Source: Clostridia bacterium (GTDB taxonomy: Bacteria; Bacillota; Clostridia; Oscillospirales; CAG-272). From it: 64,000 nt of DNA. The stretch's first letter is position 1. Every line of letters begins with the position of its first letter. A program made the translations under genes and the position numbers. Below the pieces are notes generated by a model. That model worked only from the letters and a program-made list of their open reading frames with translations, did no database searches and had not been told where the DNA came from. Shown piece by piece: positions 1 to 8,637 of the stretch. Where the stretch lies: NCBI GenBank assembly GCA_017464805.1, contig JAFTYE010000003.1, forward strand, positions 10,259-74,258, given 5' to 3'.

Positions 1-1148
1 ACATGGGCTCCTCTCACGTCAGAACCATCATGAGCGGCTGGGTTCCGGATGCAACCGTGGCGGCCATCGCAGACCTGGAGGATGCCAAGCTTGCCCGCAT
101 GAAGGAGCTGTATCCCGATGCAACCTTCGCCTGCTACAAGACCGGCGCGGAGCTGATCGCCGCAGGCGGTGTGGACGCCGTTGTCATCGCCGTTCCGCAC
201 TATCAGCACACCGTGCTGGCCATCGATGCCATGAAGCACGGCATCGCCGTCGTGTGCGAAAAGCCCGCCGGCGTATACACCAAGGACGTCAAGGAAATGA
301 ATCGCGTGGCCGAGGAGACCGGCGTTCCCTTTACCATGATGTTCAACCAGCGTACCAACTGCGTGTACCGCAAGATGCGCGAGATGGTGCAGTCCGGCGC
401 GATCGGTGAGGTCAAGCGCGTGAACTGGATCATCACCGACTGGTACCGTACCCAGTTCTACTACGACAGCGGCTCCTGGCGCGGCACCTGGCGCGGCGAG
501 GGCGGCGGCGTTCTGCTGAATCAGTGCCCGCACCAGCTTGACCTTCTCCAGTGGGTGGTCGGCATGATGCCCACCAAGCTGCAGGCACACGTGCACTTCG
601 GTAAGTGGCACGATATCGAGGTTGATGATGACGTGACCGCGTACTTCGAGTATCCGAACGGCGCGACCGGCGTGTTCATCACCACAACCGGTGACTACCC
701 GGGCTCCAACCGCTTCGAGATCCAGGGTACGAAGGGCCAGCTGATCTGCGACAGCCACCACAGCAAGGGTCTGGAATACATTCCGTTGCTGGAGGAGGAG
801 CGCGAGTATTGCCGTACCAGCAAGCAGGGCTTCGGCAACCCGAAGCCGGGCGAGAGAATTGCCGAGGTGGAGACCGATGGCCAGAACCGTCAGCATCCCG
901 CGATCCTCTCCAACTTCACCAACTATCTGCTCGGCAAGGAGGAGCTGTTCGTGGACGGCAAGGAGGGTCTGAAGGGCGTTATGCTGATGGACGCGATGCT
1001 GTTCTCCGGCTTCACCGGCAAGATGATCGAGCTTCCCTTCGATGACGAGGAGTTCTACCGCGAGCACCAGAAGCGCGTTGCTACCGGCCGCGTAAAAGAG
1101 GGCGAGAGCGTGGTTCTGGATACTGCGGGCTCGTACGGCAGCAAATAA
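1..1148 (+). CDS. Gfo/Idh/MocA family oxidoreductase (5' end cut by window edge)
   Basis: ORF 3..1148 runs into the window edge. It has the family core ...AVVIAVPHYQHTVLAIDAMKHGIAVVCEKPAG... (EKP motif). The N-terminal Rossmann GxGxxG is missing, so the true start is upstream of the window. Confidence 0.85.
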   Translation, partial: MGSSHVRTIMSGWVPDATVAAIADLEDAKLARMKELYPDATFACYKTGAELIAAGGVDAVVIAVPHYQHTVLAIDAMKHGIAVVCEKPAGVYTKDVKEMNRVAEETGVPFTMMFNQRTNCVYRKMREMVQSGAIGEVKRVNWIITDWYRTQFYYDSGSWRGTWRGEGGGVLLNQCPHQLDLLQWVVGMMPTKLQAHVHFGKWHDIEVDDDVTAYFEYPNGATGVFITTTGDYPGSNRFEIQGTKGQLICDSHHSKGLEYIPLLEEEREYCRTSKQGFGNPKPGERIAEVETDGQNRQHPAILSNFTNYLLGKEELFVDGKEGLKGVMLMDAMLFSGFTGKMIELPFDDEEFYREHQKRVATGRVKEGESVVLDTAGSYGSK

Positions 1149-1163
1149 GCTGAAGGAGAAATC

Positions 1164-2147
1164 ATGAAGGCAGCCATTATCGGCCTTGGCTGTATCAGCG
1201 TCCTGCACCGCCCGGCCATTGCCCTGGCGGGCGGGGAGCTGGTCGCCGTTTGTGATAACGACAAGGCCAAGCTGGATCGTTTTGCGGCAAAGGGCGGCAA
1301 GGCGACCATGTACACTGACTACCGTGACATGCTGGCACGCGAGCAGCTTGACGTGGTTCATATCTGCACCCCGCACTACCTGCATGCCGAGATGATCATT
1401 GACGCGCTTCGCGCGGGCTGCAACGTCCTGTGCGAAAAGCCCCTTTGCATCCGCGAGGAGGATATTGACCGTATTCTCGCAGCAGAGGCTGAGAGTGGCC
1501 GTCAGCTTGCCGTTTGCCATCAGAACCGCTACAACCAAAGTAGTGTCGAGGCTCTTCGGCTGATTTCCGAATCTCCCGCTGTGTCGGGCTTCGGCTATGT
1601 AGTCTGGAACCGCGATGCCGCCTATTATGCAAGCGGCGATTGGCGCGGCAAATGGGATACCGAGGGGGGCGGCGTGATGATCAATCAGGCTTTGCACACC
1701 CTGGATCTGATGCTTCTGTTGATGGGCGATCCCGACACCGTGCAGGCCACCTGCGAAAACCGTCGCCTTTCGGGCGTGATCGAGGTGGAGGATACCGCCT
1801 CCGCCCTCTTCCGCTATGCGGACGGCAGAATGTTTAACTTCTACGCTTCCAATGCAAACGCGGCCGATTTCCCCGTGGAAATGGTGCTGCGTACCGCCGA
1901 TAAGAGGACCTTGACCCTGACCGGCGCGACCCTTGCTGTGGACGGCGAGGCCGCCTCCTTCTCCCACGGTAAAATTGAGGGGGGCAAGAGCGAATGGGGC
2001 AACGGTCATGAGGCACTCATCTCGGATTTCTATTCCTGTATTCGCGAAAACCGCCCCTTTCCGATCAACGGAAAAGAGGGCGCGCGTGTGGTACGTGCCA
2101 TTCTTGGCATGTACCGCTCAAACAGCGAAGAAATTCCCCTGAAATAA
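1164..2147 (+). CDS. Gfo/Idh/MocA family oxidoreductase
   Basis: GAAGGAGA RBS upstream; N-terminal Rossmann MKAAIIGLGCIS; NVLCEKPL motif; 327 aa. Confidence 0.85.
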   Translation: MKAAIIGLGCISVLHRPAIALAGGELVAVCDNDKAKLDRFAAKGGKATMYTDYRDMLAREQLDVVHICTPHYLHAEMIIDALRAGCNVLCEKPLCIREEDIDRILAAEAESGRQLAVCHQNRYNQSSVEALRLISESPAVSGFGYVVWNRDAAYYASGDWRGKWDTEGGGVMINQALHTLDLMLLLMGDPDTVQATCENRRLSGVIEVEDTASALFRYADGRMFNFYASNANAADFPVEMVLRTADKRTLTLTGATLAVDGEAASFSHGKIEGGKSEWGNGHEALISDFYSCIRENRPFPINGKEGARVVRAILGMYRSNSEEIPLK

Positions 2148-2167
2148 CAAAAAAGGAGAAAGACCCT

Positions 2168-3211
2168 ATGAAGATGACCTTCCGCTGGTATGGTGAGAGC
2201 GACAGCATTCCGCTTTCCTATATCCGACAGATCCCGAACATGTCCGGCGTGGTCACTGCCGTCTACCGCGTCCCGGTAGGCGAGGTATGGCCCCGCGAGG
2301 ATATCGCACGTCTTAAAGAGCTGTGCGACCAAAACGGTCTTGAGATGGAAGTGATCGAGAGTGTTCCCGTACACGAGGACATCAAGCTCGGCCGCCCCAC
2401 CCGTGACCGTTACATCGCCAACTATGCCGAAAACCTGCGCCGCCTTGGCGAGGTGGGCGTAAAGTGCGTTTGCTACAACTTCATGCCCGTATTCGACTGG
2501 CTGCGTACCAACCTTAAGCTCGAAGCTCCCGATGGCTCCAACTCCCTATGCTACTGCCACGAGGAGTTAATGAAGCTCGACCCGAAGCACCTCTCCCTGC
2601 CTGGTTGGGATGAAAGCTATACCCAGGACGAGCTGCAGGGCCTGCTTGCCGCTTACGCAAACGTCAGCCACGAGCAGCTCTTTGATAACCTCGTTTATTT
2701 CTTGAAGGGCATTATGCCCGCCTGTCAGGAGGCAAAGATCGACATGGCCATTCACCCCGACGATCCGCCGTGGGATATGTTCGGCCTGCCCCGCATCATT
2801 TCCTCGGAGGCAGACTACGACCGTATGTTCGCCGCTGTGCCCGATCCGCATAACGGCATGACCTTCTGCACGGGCTCGCTGGGTGCAGGTAGATTTAACG
2901 ACCTCACCGCCATGGCTGCCAAGTACGCCAAGGCAGGACGCATTTCCTTTGCCCACATCCGTCAGATTCGTTACGAGGGCGAGAAGGACTTCGCGGAAAG
3001 CGGTCACCTCACGTCCTCGGGCAGCCTGGATATCTACGGTATCGTGCAGGCACTGGTGAAGAACGGTTTCGTCGGCTACGTTCGTCCCGACCACGGCAGA
3101 AACATCTGGGGCGAGGACGGCAAGCCCGGCTACGGCCTCTATGACCGCGCCCTCGGTGCGGCTTATCTCAACGGCTTGTTTGAAGCCGCAGAAAAGGAGT
3201 TACATACATGA
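2168..3211 (+). CDS. uxuA: mannonate dehydratase
   Basis: 347 aa. The N-terminus MKMTFRWYGESD... and the overall length and sequence are typical of UxuA. AAAGGAGA RBS. Confidence 0.9.
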   Translation: MKMTFRWYGESDSIPLSYIRQIPNMSGVVTAVYRVPVGEVWPREDIARLKELCDQNGLEMEVIESVPVHEDIKLGRPTRDRYIANYAENLRRLGEVGVKCVCYNFMPVFDWLRTNLKLEAPDGSNSLCYCHEELMKLDPKHLSLPGWDESYTQDELQGLLAAYANVSHEQLFDNLVYFLKGIMPACQEAKIDMAIHPDDPPWDMFGLPRIISSEADYDRMFAAVPDPHNGMTFCTGSLGAGRFNDLTAMAAKYAKAGRISFAHIRQIRYEGEKDFAESGHLTSSGSLDIYGIVQALVKNGFVGYVRPDHGRNIWGEDGKPGYGLYDRALGAAYLNGLFEAAEKELHT

Positions 3212-4044
3212 GCATGAATTTGCCTTTTTCCGTTGACCTTTCGGATAAGGTCGTGGTCGTGACGGGTGCGGGCGGCGTTCTGATGAGCGAATTTGCCTCC
3301 GCCCTCGCTGCCTGCGGCGCAAAGGTCGCCCTGCTTGACATCAATGCCGAGGCCGTTGCCAAGGTTGCCGAAAAGATCGGTGAAAACGCCCTGGCTGTTC
3401 CCACCAACTGCCTGGATAAGGCGGCTCTCGAAGCGTCTAAGAAGATCATCAACGAAAAGCTCGGCTCGGTCAACTTTCTCATTAACGGTGCCGGCGGTAA
3501 TAACCCCCGCGCCACCTGCGATAACGAGACCATGACCCCCGAGACCGATGAGGAGATCAAGTCCTTCTTCAAGCTGGAAGAGAGCGGCATTCGTTTCGTC
3601 TTCGACCTCAACATCACCTCTGCGTTCCTCACCACGCAGGTATTTGCGCAGGATATGATCAAGACGGGCGGTAACATCATCAACATCTCGTCCATGAACG
3701 GCTTCCGTCCCCTGACCAAGATTCCCGCGTACAGCGCGGCCAAAGCCGGCATCTCCAACTTCACCGAATGGCTTGCCGTTCACTTTGCCCCCTGCGGCAT
3801 CCGCGTCAACGCCATCGCTCCCGGCTTCTTCGTTACCCATCAGAACAAGGATCTGCTCTTCAAGGACGGCGAGCCTACGCCCCGTACCCACAAGATCCTC
3901 GGCCACACCCCCCAGAACCGCTTTGGTGAGGTGTCCGATCTGATCGGTACGCTCCTGTTCCTCGCATCCGATGCCGCATCCGGCTTTGTGACCGGTGTGG
4001 TGATTCCCGTTGACGGCGGCTTCAACGCTTACAGCGGGGTGTAA
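3208..4044 (+). CDS. SDR family oxidoreductase (mannonate/fructuronate reductase-like)
   Basis: TGAGGVLM NAD(P) motif and YSAAK catalytic motif. The start overlaps the uxuA stop (ATGA). The functional guess comes from its position next to uxuA. Confidence 0.8.
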   Translation: MSMNLPFSVDLSDKVVVVTGAGGVLMSEFASALAACGAKVALLDINAEAVAKVAEKIGENALAVPTNCLDKAALEASKKIINEKLGSVNFLINGAGGNNPRATCDNETMTPETDEEIKSFFKLEESGIRFVFDLNITSAFLTTQVFAQDMIKTGGNIINISSMNGFRPLTKIPAYSAAKAGISNFTEWLAVHFAPCGIRVNAIAPGFFVTHQNKDLLFKDGEPTPRTHKILGHTPQNRFGEVSDLIGTLLFLASDAASGFVTGVVIPVDGGFNAYSGV

Positions 4045-4059
4045 AAAAGGAGAGATAGC

Positions 4060-4845
4060 ATGAAACTTGCAGCACAAATGTACACCCTTCGGGAGTTTTG
4101 CCAGACCGAAGAGGATATCGAAAAAACCCTGCGGAAGCTGAAGGAGATCGGCTATAACGCCATCCAGATCTCCGGCTTCGGCCCCTACCGTGTCGAGTGG
4201 CTTGCCGACCTGCTCAAAGAGCTGGATATGGAGGTCTGCGTTCCCCACCTGGACTACAAACGCATCGTAAACGACACCGACGCGCTGATTGCCGAGATGA
4301 AGCTGTTGGGCAGCAACGGCATCGGTGTTGGCTCGCTGATGTACGACAAGAAGGATTCCACCGTTGCCGCCAAGACCTTTGACGAGCTGGCTCCCGCCAT
4401 CGACAAGATCCATGAGGCAGGCCTGGTGTTCGCCTTCCACAACCACTGGGGTGAGTTCCTAACCCTTCCCGACATCGGCATCAATACCTTTGACCAGTAC
4501 GCCGCCCGCTTCCCCGCAGACCGCGCACAGGTTATTCTGGACTTCTACTGGGTCGTATACGCCTGCCAGGATCCGATCAAAACGATCGAGAAGTACAAGG
4601 ACCGCCTGAATGCCCTCGTGCACTTTAAGGATATGACCATCAACGACAAGGGCGAGCGTATGTTCACCGAGGTCTTTGAGGGCTTCATCGATTACGAGGC
4701 CATCTTCAAGAAGCTGGATGAGTGCGGTGCCAAGTGGGTAGCGGTCGAAGAGGATAGAATCCCGAACGACGGCGATCCCTTCGAGGCTCTTGCCAAGTCC
4801 CTTAAAAACATCAAGGAACGCGGCCTGCCCTTCGAGAATATCTAA
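4060..4845 (+). CDS. sugar phosphate isomerase/epimerase (xylose isomerase-like TIM barrel)
   Basis: 261 aa with the family look (FHNHWGEF, VAVEEDR); AAAGGAGA RBS; last gene of the uxuA operon. Confidence 0.75.
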   Translation: MKLAAQMYTLREFCQTEEDIEKTLRKLKEIGYNAIQISGFGPYRVEWLADLLKELDMEVCVPHLDYKRIVNDTDALIAEMKLLGSNGIGVGSLMYDKKDSTVAAKTFDELAPAIDKIHEAGLVFAFHNHWGEFLTLPDIGINTFDQYAARFPADRAQVILDFYWVVYACQDPIKTIEKYKDRLNALVHFKDMTINDKGERMFTEVFEGFIDYEAIFKKLDECGAKWVAVEEDRIPNDGDPFEALAKSLKNIKERGLPFENI

Positions 4846-4852
4846 AACAAAC

Positions 4853-4884
4853 AAAAAAGAACCTGCTATGCAGGTTCTTTTTTT
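4853..4884. terminator. bidirectional intrinsic terminator
   Basis: aaaaaaGAACCTGCtatGCAGGTTCttttttt, an A-run and T-run flanking an 8-bp GC stem between convergent genes. Confidence 0.8.
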
Positions 4885-4889
4885 GTTTG

Positions 4890-5867
4890 TCAGTGAGGCA
4901 TATTGTCCGACACGCCGAAATCGGGGGATGTACCGCTCATCGAGCTGCCCTTAAAGACAAGATCCGCCTCGGGCGGGGTAGGCACGACGGTCGTGCCGTA
5001 GTTGCCCAGAGAAATGCGATAGTAACGAACGCCCTTTTCGGTGATGTCCATGGGCGTGCCGAAGTAGACGCACTTGCCGTCCTCAAAGCGAAGCACGGTC
5101 CTGCCCCAGCCCTGTGCGATCTGCTCGGCACTCATGATGGTTTCGATGCCTTCCGGCTCCATATAATATTCCTTTTTCACTTCGTCATAGGTGAAGTCCG
5201 AGAGGGCGAAGGGCATATTCGTGATGGGCGTGGCAAGCGAGTAGGGGTCGCCTGTATAGGAATACAACTCCCATTTACCGCTTTCGGGGTTGTAGTCGCC
5301 TCCCCAATAGGTGCCGTCACGCAAGAAGGCGCACTTGCTGCTAGTGATTTCACCGCCTGTGACCTGTTCCTCGTAAAAGACCGTCTTGCCGTTTTCGGTG
5401 GTCACATAGCTAACGGCGTACCCGTCGAAGGTCTCACCGTTTGAGAAAACGATCTCCACCCACTCCGAAAAATTGGCGGGCGTGACCTTCGCGGCTTCCC
5501 ATTCCTCGGCGGTCACGGTCGTGCGTGCATCGGGATCGGGAGCCGGGGGCTGCTCGGTGTTTTCGTCCTTGTCGCCACCGTCGGGCGTTTCGCCACCGTC
5601 GGGCGTTTCACCGCCGTCGGGCGTTTCGCCACCGTCGGGCGTTTCACCGCCGTCGGGCGTTTCGCCACCACCGTCGGGCGTTTCACCGCCGTCAGGCGTT
5701 TCGCCACCGTCGGGCGTTTCACCGCCGTCAGGCGTTTCGCCGCCACCGGGGGTTTCCTCGCCGCCCGCAGGGGGAATGCCGCCCGGGCCGCTACTCGGCT
5801 CGTTGCAGGCCGAAAGCACCCCAAGGCATAGGCATAGGATCAAAAGGATCGCAAAAAGTCGTTTCAT
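4890..5867 (-). CDS. lipoprotein with (G)ETPDG tandem-repeat linker
   Basis: Signal peptide plus lipobox MKRLFAILLILCLCLGVLSAC, followed by about 10 GETPDG repeats and a roughly 220-aa globular domain of unknown family. Confidence 0.8.
   Translation of the reverse strand: MKRLFAILLILCLCLGVLSACNEPSSGPGGIPPAGGEETPGGGETPDGGETPDGGETPDGGETPDGGGETPDGGETPDGGETPDGGETPDGGETPDGGDKDENTEQPPAPDPDARTTVTAEEWEAAKVTPANFSEWVEIVFSNGETFDGYAVSYVTTENGKTVFYEEQVTGGEITSSKCAFLRDGTYWGGDYNPESGKWELYSYTGDPYSLATPITNMPFALSDFTYDEVKKEYYMEPEGIETIMSAEQIAQGWGRTVLRFEDGKCVYFGTPMDITEKGVRYYRISLGNYGTTVVPTPPEADLVFKGSSMSGTSPDFGVSDNMPH
5569..5766 (-). repeat. coding tandem repeat, 18-bp unit (36-bp higher-order), about 10 copies
   Basis: Alternating gccaccgtcgggcgtttc / accgccgtcgggcgtttc units encoding GETPDG. 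Boundaries are approximate. Confidence 0.85.
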
Positions 5868-5879
5868 GTCATTCTCCTT

Positions 5880-5910
5880 AAAAAATCAACCGCGCAGGGA
5901 TGCGCGGTTG
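5880..5910 (-). terminator. intrinsic terminator of the 5935..6375 gene
   Basis: CAACCGCGCA-tccc-TGCGCGGTTG followed by ATTTTTT on the minus strand. Confidence 0.7.
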
Positions 5911-5934
5911 GTGTTTTTGGTTGTGGTGATCAGA

Positions 5935-6375
5935 TCAATCGTCGAAGATGTCGACCATTTCCTCAACGGAATCGTCCAGATCGAAGAGGTTGAGGACACA
6001 AGGAACAAGCACGCAGTTGCCGTTGATGTAGTCGGACTTCTCCTCCACTGCCATCAGATCCTCATAGTCCTTGTCGGTCAGTAGCTCATCAAGCTTTGCC
6101 TGTGCGTCCTTGTCTGCGTCGAATTCCAGAATGATCGCGTAGGTGAGCAGATCCTTTTTCAGGATATGTATGGTGCAGGAAACCTCGCCGTCCTCTTCGA
6201 GATCGGCAACGAAATCCATCACATCCTCACCATCCTCGTTCGTGGTGTCCACCACCTCGTAGCCTGCCTTCAGGAAGTTCTTTTCGATCTTGCCGTAGGA
6301 GGAGCAGGAAGCCAGCGTCAGCACAAGAGAGCAGAGAAGAACTGCCGTCAGCGCAAGCGTCAAAAACCGTTTCAT
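5935..6375 (-). CDS. small acidic lipoprotein, unknown function
   Basis: MKRFLTLALTAVLLCSLVLTLASC lipobox; 146 aa; own promoter and terminator. Confidence 0.75.
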   Translation of the reverse strand: MKRFLTLALTAVLLCSLVLTLASCSSYGKIEKNFLKAGYEVVDTTNEDGEDVMDFVADLEEDGEVSCTIHILKKDLLTYAIILEFDADKDAQAKLDELLTDKDYEDLMAVEEKSDYINGNCVLVPCVLNLFDLDDSVEEMVDIFDD

Positions 6376-6418
6376 GTCAGTACCTCACTTTGTAGAAATT
6401 CCCTTAAAGGGTACTGTT

Positions 6419-6447
6419 ATTATATCGGAAGTTTCCCGTTTTGTCAA
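6419..6447 (-). promoter_or_regulatory. sigma-70-type promoter (TTGACA-17-TATAAT)
   Basis: The minus strand reads TTGACAaaacgggaaacttccgaTATAAT about 45 nt upstream of the 6375 start. Confidence 0.6.
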
Positions 6448-6471
6448 CAGAAAAGGGGCAATTTCCAAAAA

Positions 6472-7323
6472 TTATTTCTCCTGGTTTTCTTTGTTTTGTG
6501 TCGCGGATAGACGCAAAAGTGCCTCCTTCGCCTCGCTGACCGCACCGAGTGTGCCGCCGTTTTCGGCAATGTAAGCGTACATGGCGCGCGCCTCGGACAC
6601 GCTCCCCTCGCGCTCATAGACCCGTGCAAGCCACAGACAGGCGGTGATCCTGTTCGCACGCGCCGTGGGACTGCCCGCACAGGCATTGACACGCTCCACA
6701 TATCGATCGCGCAATCCGACAAGGTCGCCCGTGTAAAAGCGATGTGCGTCCCGCACCGTGTCGATCGCGGCGCGTAGGGGGGCGGTGTAAAACGGGGGTA
6801 GCTTCATTTCGGAAAGTTGACGGTCAAGCTCCGCGATCAGGGCAGGAAGGGTATCCCGCGCGCCTTCATAGTGTGCGGCGGCGCAGGCGTGCGCCGTGTA
6901 AAGCTGAAATTTGGCGGGCGGGGGAAGTCTGTCTGCTGCGGGCAGACACTTTCCCAGCCATTCATAGGCTTCCTTTGCACGTCCCGCCGCATCCAGCCCC
7001 ACGCCGTAGTGAATGTCCAGCGTGATCCGATGCGAAAAAGACAAACGGCGGCGGCGCATAAAGGTCAGTGCGGTCAGATACGAAAGCGGGTCGCAGTCGC
7101 GCTCCAGCTTCAGCCGTGCATCGGTCAGAAGAACGCGATAGGCGGCGCGCACGGGTACGAGCAGCATCATCAGCAGCCATGCCGCCAGCAAAAGCGAAAA
7201 CAGCTCACCGAGAATTTTGAAATAATACAGCCCAAACACCACAAACAGTGCAGGGAGGTAGGGAAGGAGCACCGCGAGAACGGGGTGCGCGTACAAAAAC
7301 CGCATCAGACCGGGATGCTTCAT
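6472..7323 (-). CDS. membrane protein with helical-repeat (TPR-like) C-terminal part, unknown function
   Basis: Two N-terminal hydrophobic helices followed by an alpha-helical repeat-like region. Its start overlaps the stop of the upstream DMT gene (ATGA). Confidence 0.6.
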   Translation of the reverse strand: MKHPGLMRFLYAHPVLAVLLPYLPALFVVFGLYYFKILGELFSLLLAAWLLMMLLVPVRAAYRVLLTDARLKLERDCDPLSYLTALTFMRRRRLSFSHRITLDIHYGVGLDAAGRAKEAYEWLGKCLPAADRLPPPAKFQLYTAHACAAAHYEGARDTLPALIAELDRQLSEMKLPPFYTAPLRAAIDTVRDAHRFYTGDLVGLRDRYVERVNACAGSPTARANRITACLWLARVYEREGSVSEARAMYAYIAENGGTLGAVSEAKEALLRLSATQNKENQEK

Positions 7324-8297
7324 ATCTTTTCCTCCTTTTGCCGCTTTTCTTTTTCCTCCTCATGGGTTGCGATCAGCTGGGTATACAGAACGGCAACGAA
7401 CAAAATCGCACAGCCGATCCCCTCCTGCAAGGAGGGCATGGTGCCGAAGAAGAGGATGCCGCCCAGCATGCCGAACACCGATTCCAGCGACATCACCGAG
7501 CAGGCAACGGCGGGATGGGCGCGCCTTTGCGCCACGATCTGCAGGGTATAAGCAATGCCGCTCGAGCCGATGCCAAGGAACAGCAGGGAGGGCAGAGCCG
7601 AAACCAGATCAGCCCCTGTGGTCGAAGCCCCTTCGAAAATGAGGGACAGGGGAAGCGAGACCACGGAAACGACCGAAAACTGCACAAGCGAGAGGCGGAT
7701 GCCATCTCCCTTCGGGGAATAGCGGTCGATGGCCATGATCTGCAAGGCGAACATTACCGCGCAGGCCAGCACGAGAAGATCACCCGTCGAAAGGCCGATC
7801 GATTCCCCGCCCGAGAAATCAAAAGCAAGCACGAACGCTCCCGCGACTGCGCCCAGAACGCCGAGAAAGACGGGGAAGGAGGTGCGGCGTCCGAAAAACA
7901 GGCCGATACAGGGAACGAACACCACGTATAGCGAGGTGATGAAGGCGGTCTTGCCCGCCGACTGGTTAAAGGCCAGGCCGAACTGTTGGAGCATCGTGGC
8001 CATCGCCAGCGTGATGCCGCAGAAAATGCCGCCCACCAGCTCCGTGCGGGTCAGGTCGATACGGAATCTGCCGTTTCGCACGGAGAACAGATGTCGTCCG
8101 TTTCCGCGCACACGGTCAAAGCCCATGACGGCGAGCGAGATGGCCACCACCGCGATCACCGAGCGCACGCAGGTGATGGTAAAGCTGCCAAGGTAGGCAG
8201 TCGCCTGCTGCTGTGCGGAAAACGCAAAGCCCCAGATCATAGCGGCCAGCAGCAAAAGAATCGTTGCCACGGCGGGGGATAATGTGATTTTCTTCAC
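7320..8297 (-). CDS. DMT superfamily (EamA-like) transporter
   Basis: About 10 TM helices with two EamA-like halves. I chose the GTG start at 8297, 7 nt after AAAGGAGA. The longer track ORF (to 8528) reads through a tRNA gene. Confidence 0.85.
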   Translation of the reverse strand: MKKITLSPAVATILLLLAAMIWGFAFSAQQQATAYLGSFTITCVRSVIAVVAISLAVMGFDRVRGNGRHLFSVRNGRFRIDLTRTELVGGIFCGITLAMATMLQQFGLAFNQSAGKTAFITSLYVVFVPCIGLFFGRRTSFPVFLGVLGAVAGAFVLAFDFSGGESIGLSTGDLLVLACAVMFALQIMAIDRYSPKGDGIRLSLVQFSVVSVVSLPLSLIFEGASTTGADLVSALPSLLFLGIGSSGIAYTLQIVAQRRAHPAVACSVMSLESVFGMLGGILFFGTMPSLQEGIGCAILFVAVLYTQLIATHEEEKEKRQKEEKI

Positions 8298-8483
8298 GGT
8301 CGTTCTCCTTTCGCAAAAATGCCGCATACTCTTGCATCGCGGCCGAAAAAGTGCTATAATAGGGAAAAGAAAAATTCCGCACACAAGCCGTGTACGGAAT
8401 TTATCGGAGTGCCCTGCACCGACGATCGCCGCCAAAGGTTTCCCCCCGTTGAGCGGTACGAGATCGGAACAGGCACTGCCTGT

Positions 8484-8560
8484 TGGTGGAGACAACTGGA
8501 CTCGAACCAGTGACCCCTTGCATGTCAAGCAAGTACTCTAACCAACTGAGCTATGCCTCC
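8484..8560 (-). tRNA. tRNA-Val (anticodon GAC)
   Basis: The minus strand reads GGAGGCATAGCTCAGTTGGTTAGAGTACTTGCTTGACATGCAAGGGGTCACTGGTTCGAGTCCAGTTGTCTCCACCA. It has cloverleaf arms, the anticodon loop ttGACat, a GTTCGAGTC T-loop and an encoded CCA. Confidence 0.9.
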
Positions 8561-8637
8561 ATACCTGTGTATTATAGCACATGTTTTCGTGTTTGACAAG
8601 GGGTTTTTCAAAATTTTTCAAAAAAGAGGTGGTTTGC

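Noticed and set aside
5473-6084. Pro/Ser/Arg-rich repeat proteins (5473..6084 +, 5513..5824 -, 5525..5881 +, 28025..28312 +, 28112..28294 -, 28114..28443 +).
   Set aside because: They are off-frame or antisense readings of the 18-bp tandem repeats that lie in-frame inside the two lipoprotein genes.
8298-8528. The 5' extension of the DMT transporter ORF (track 7320..8528).
   Set aside because: The extension is a read-through of tRNA-Val (MTCKGSLVRVQLSPP is the tRNA translated). A GTG with a good RBS at 8297 gives a normal-length transporter.
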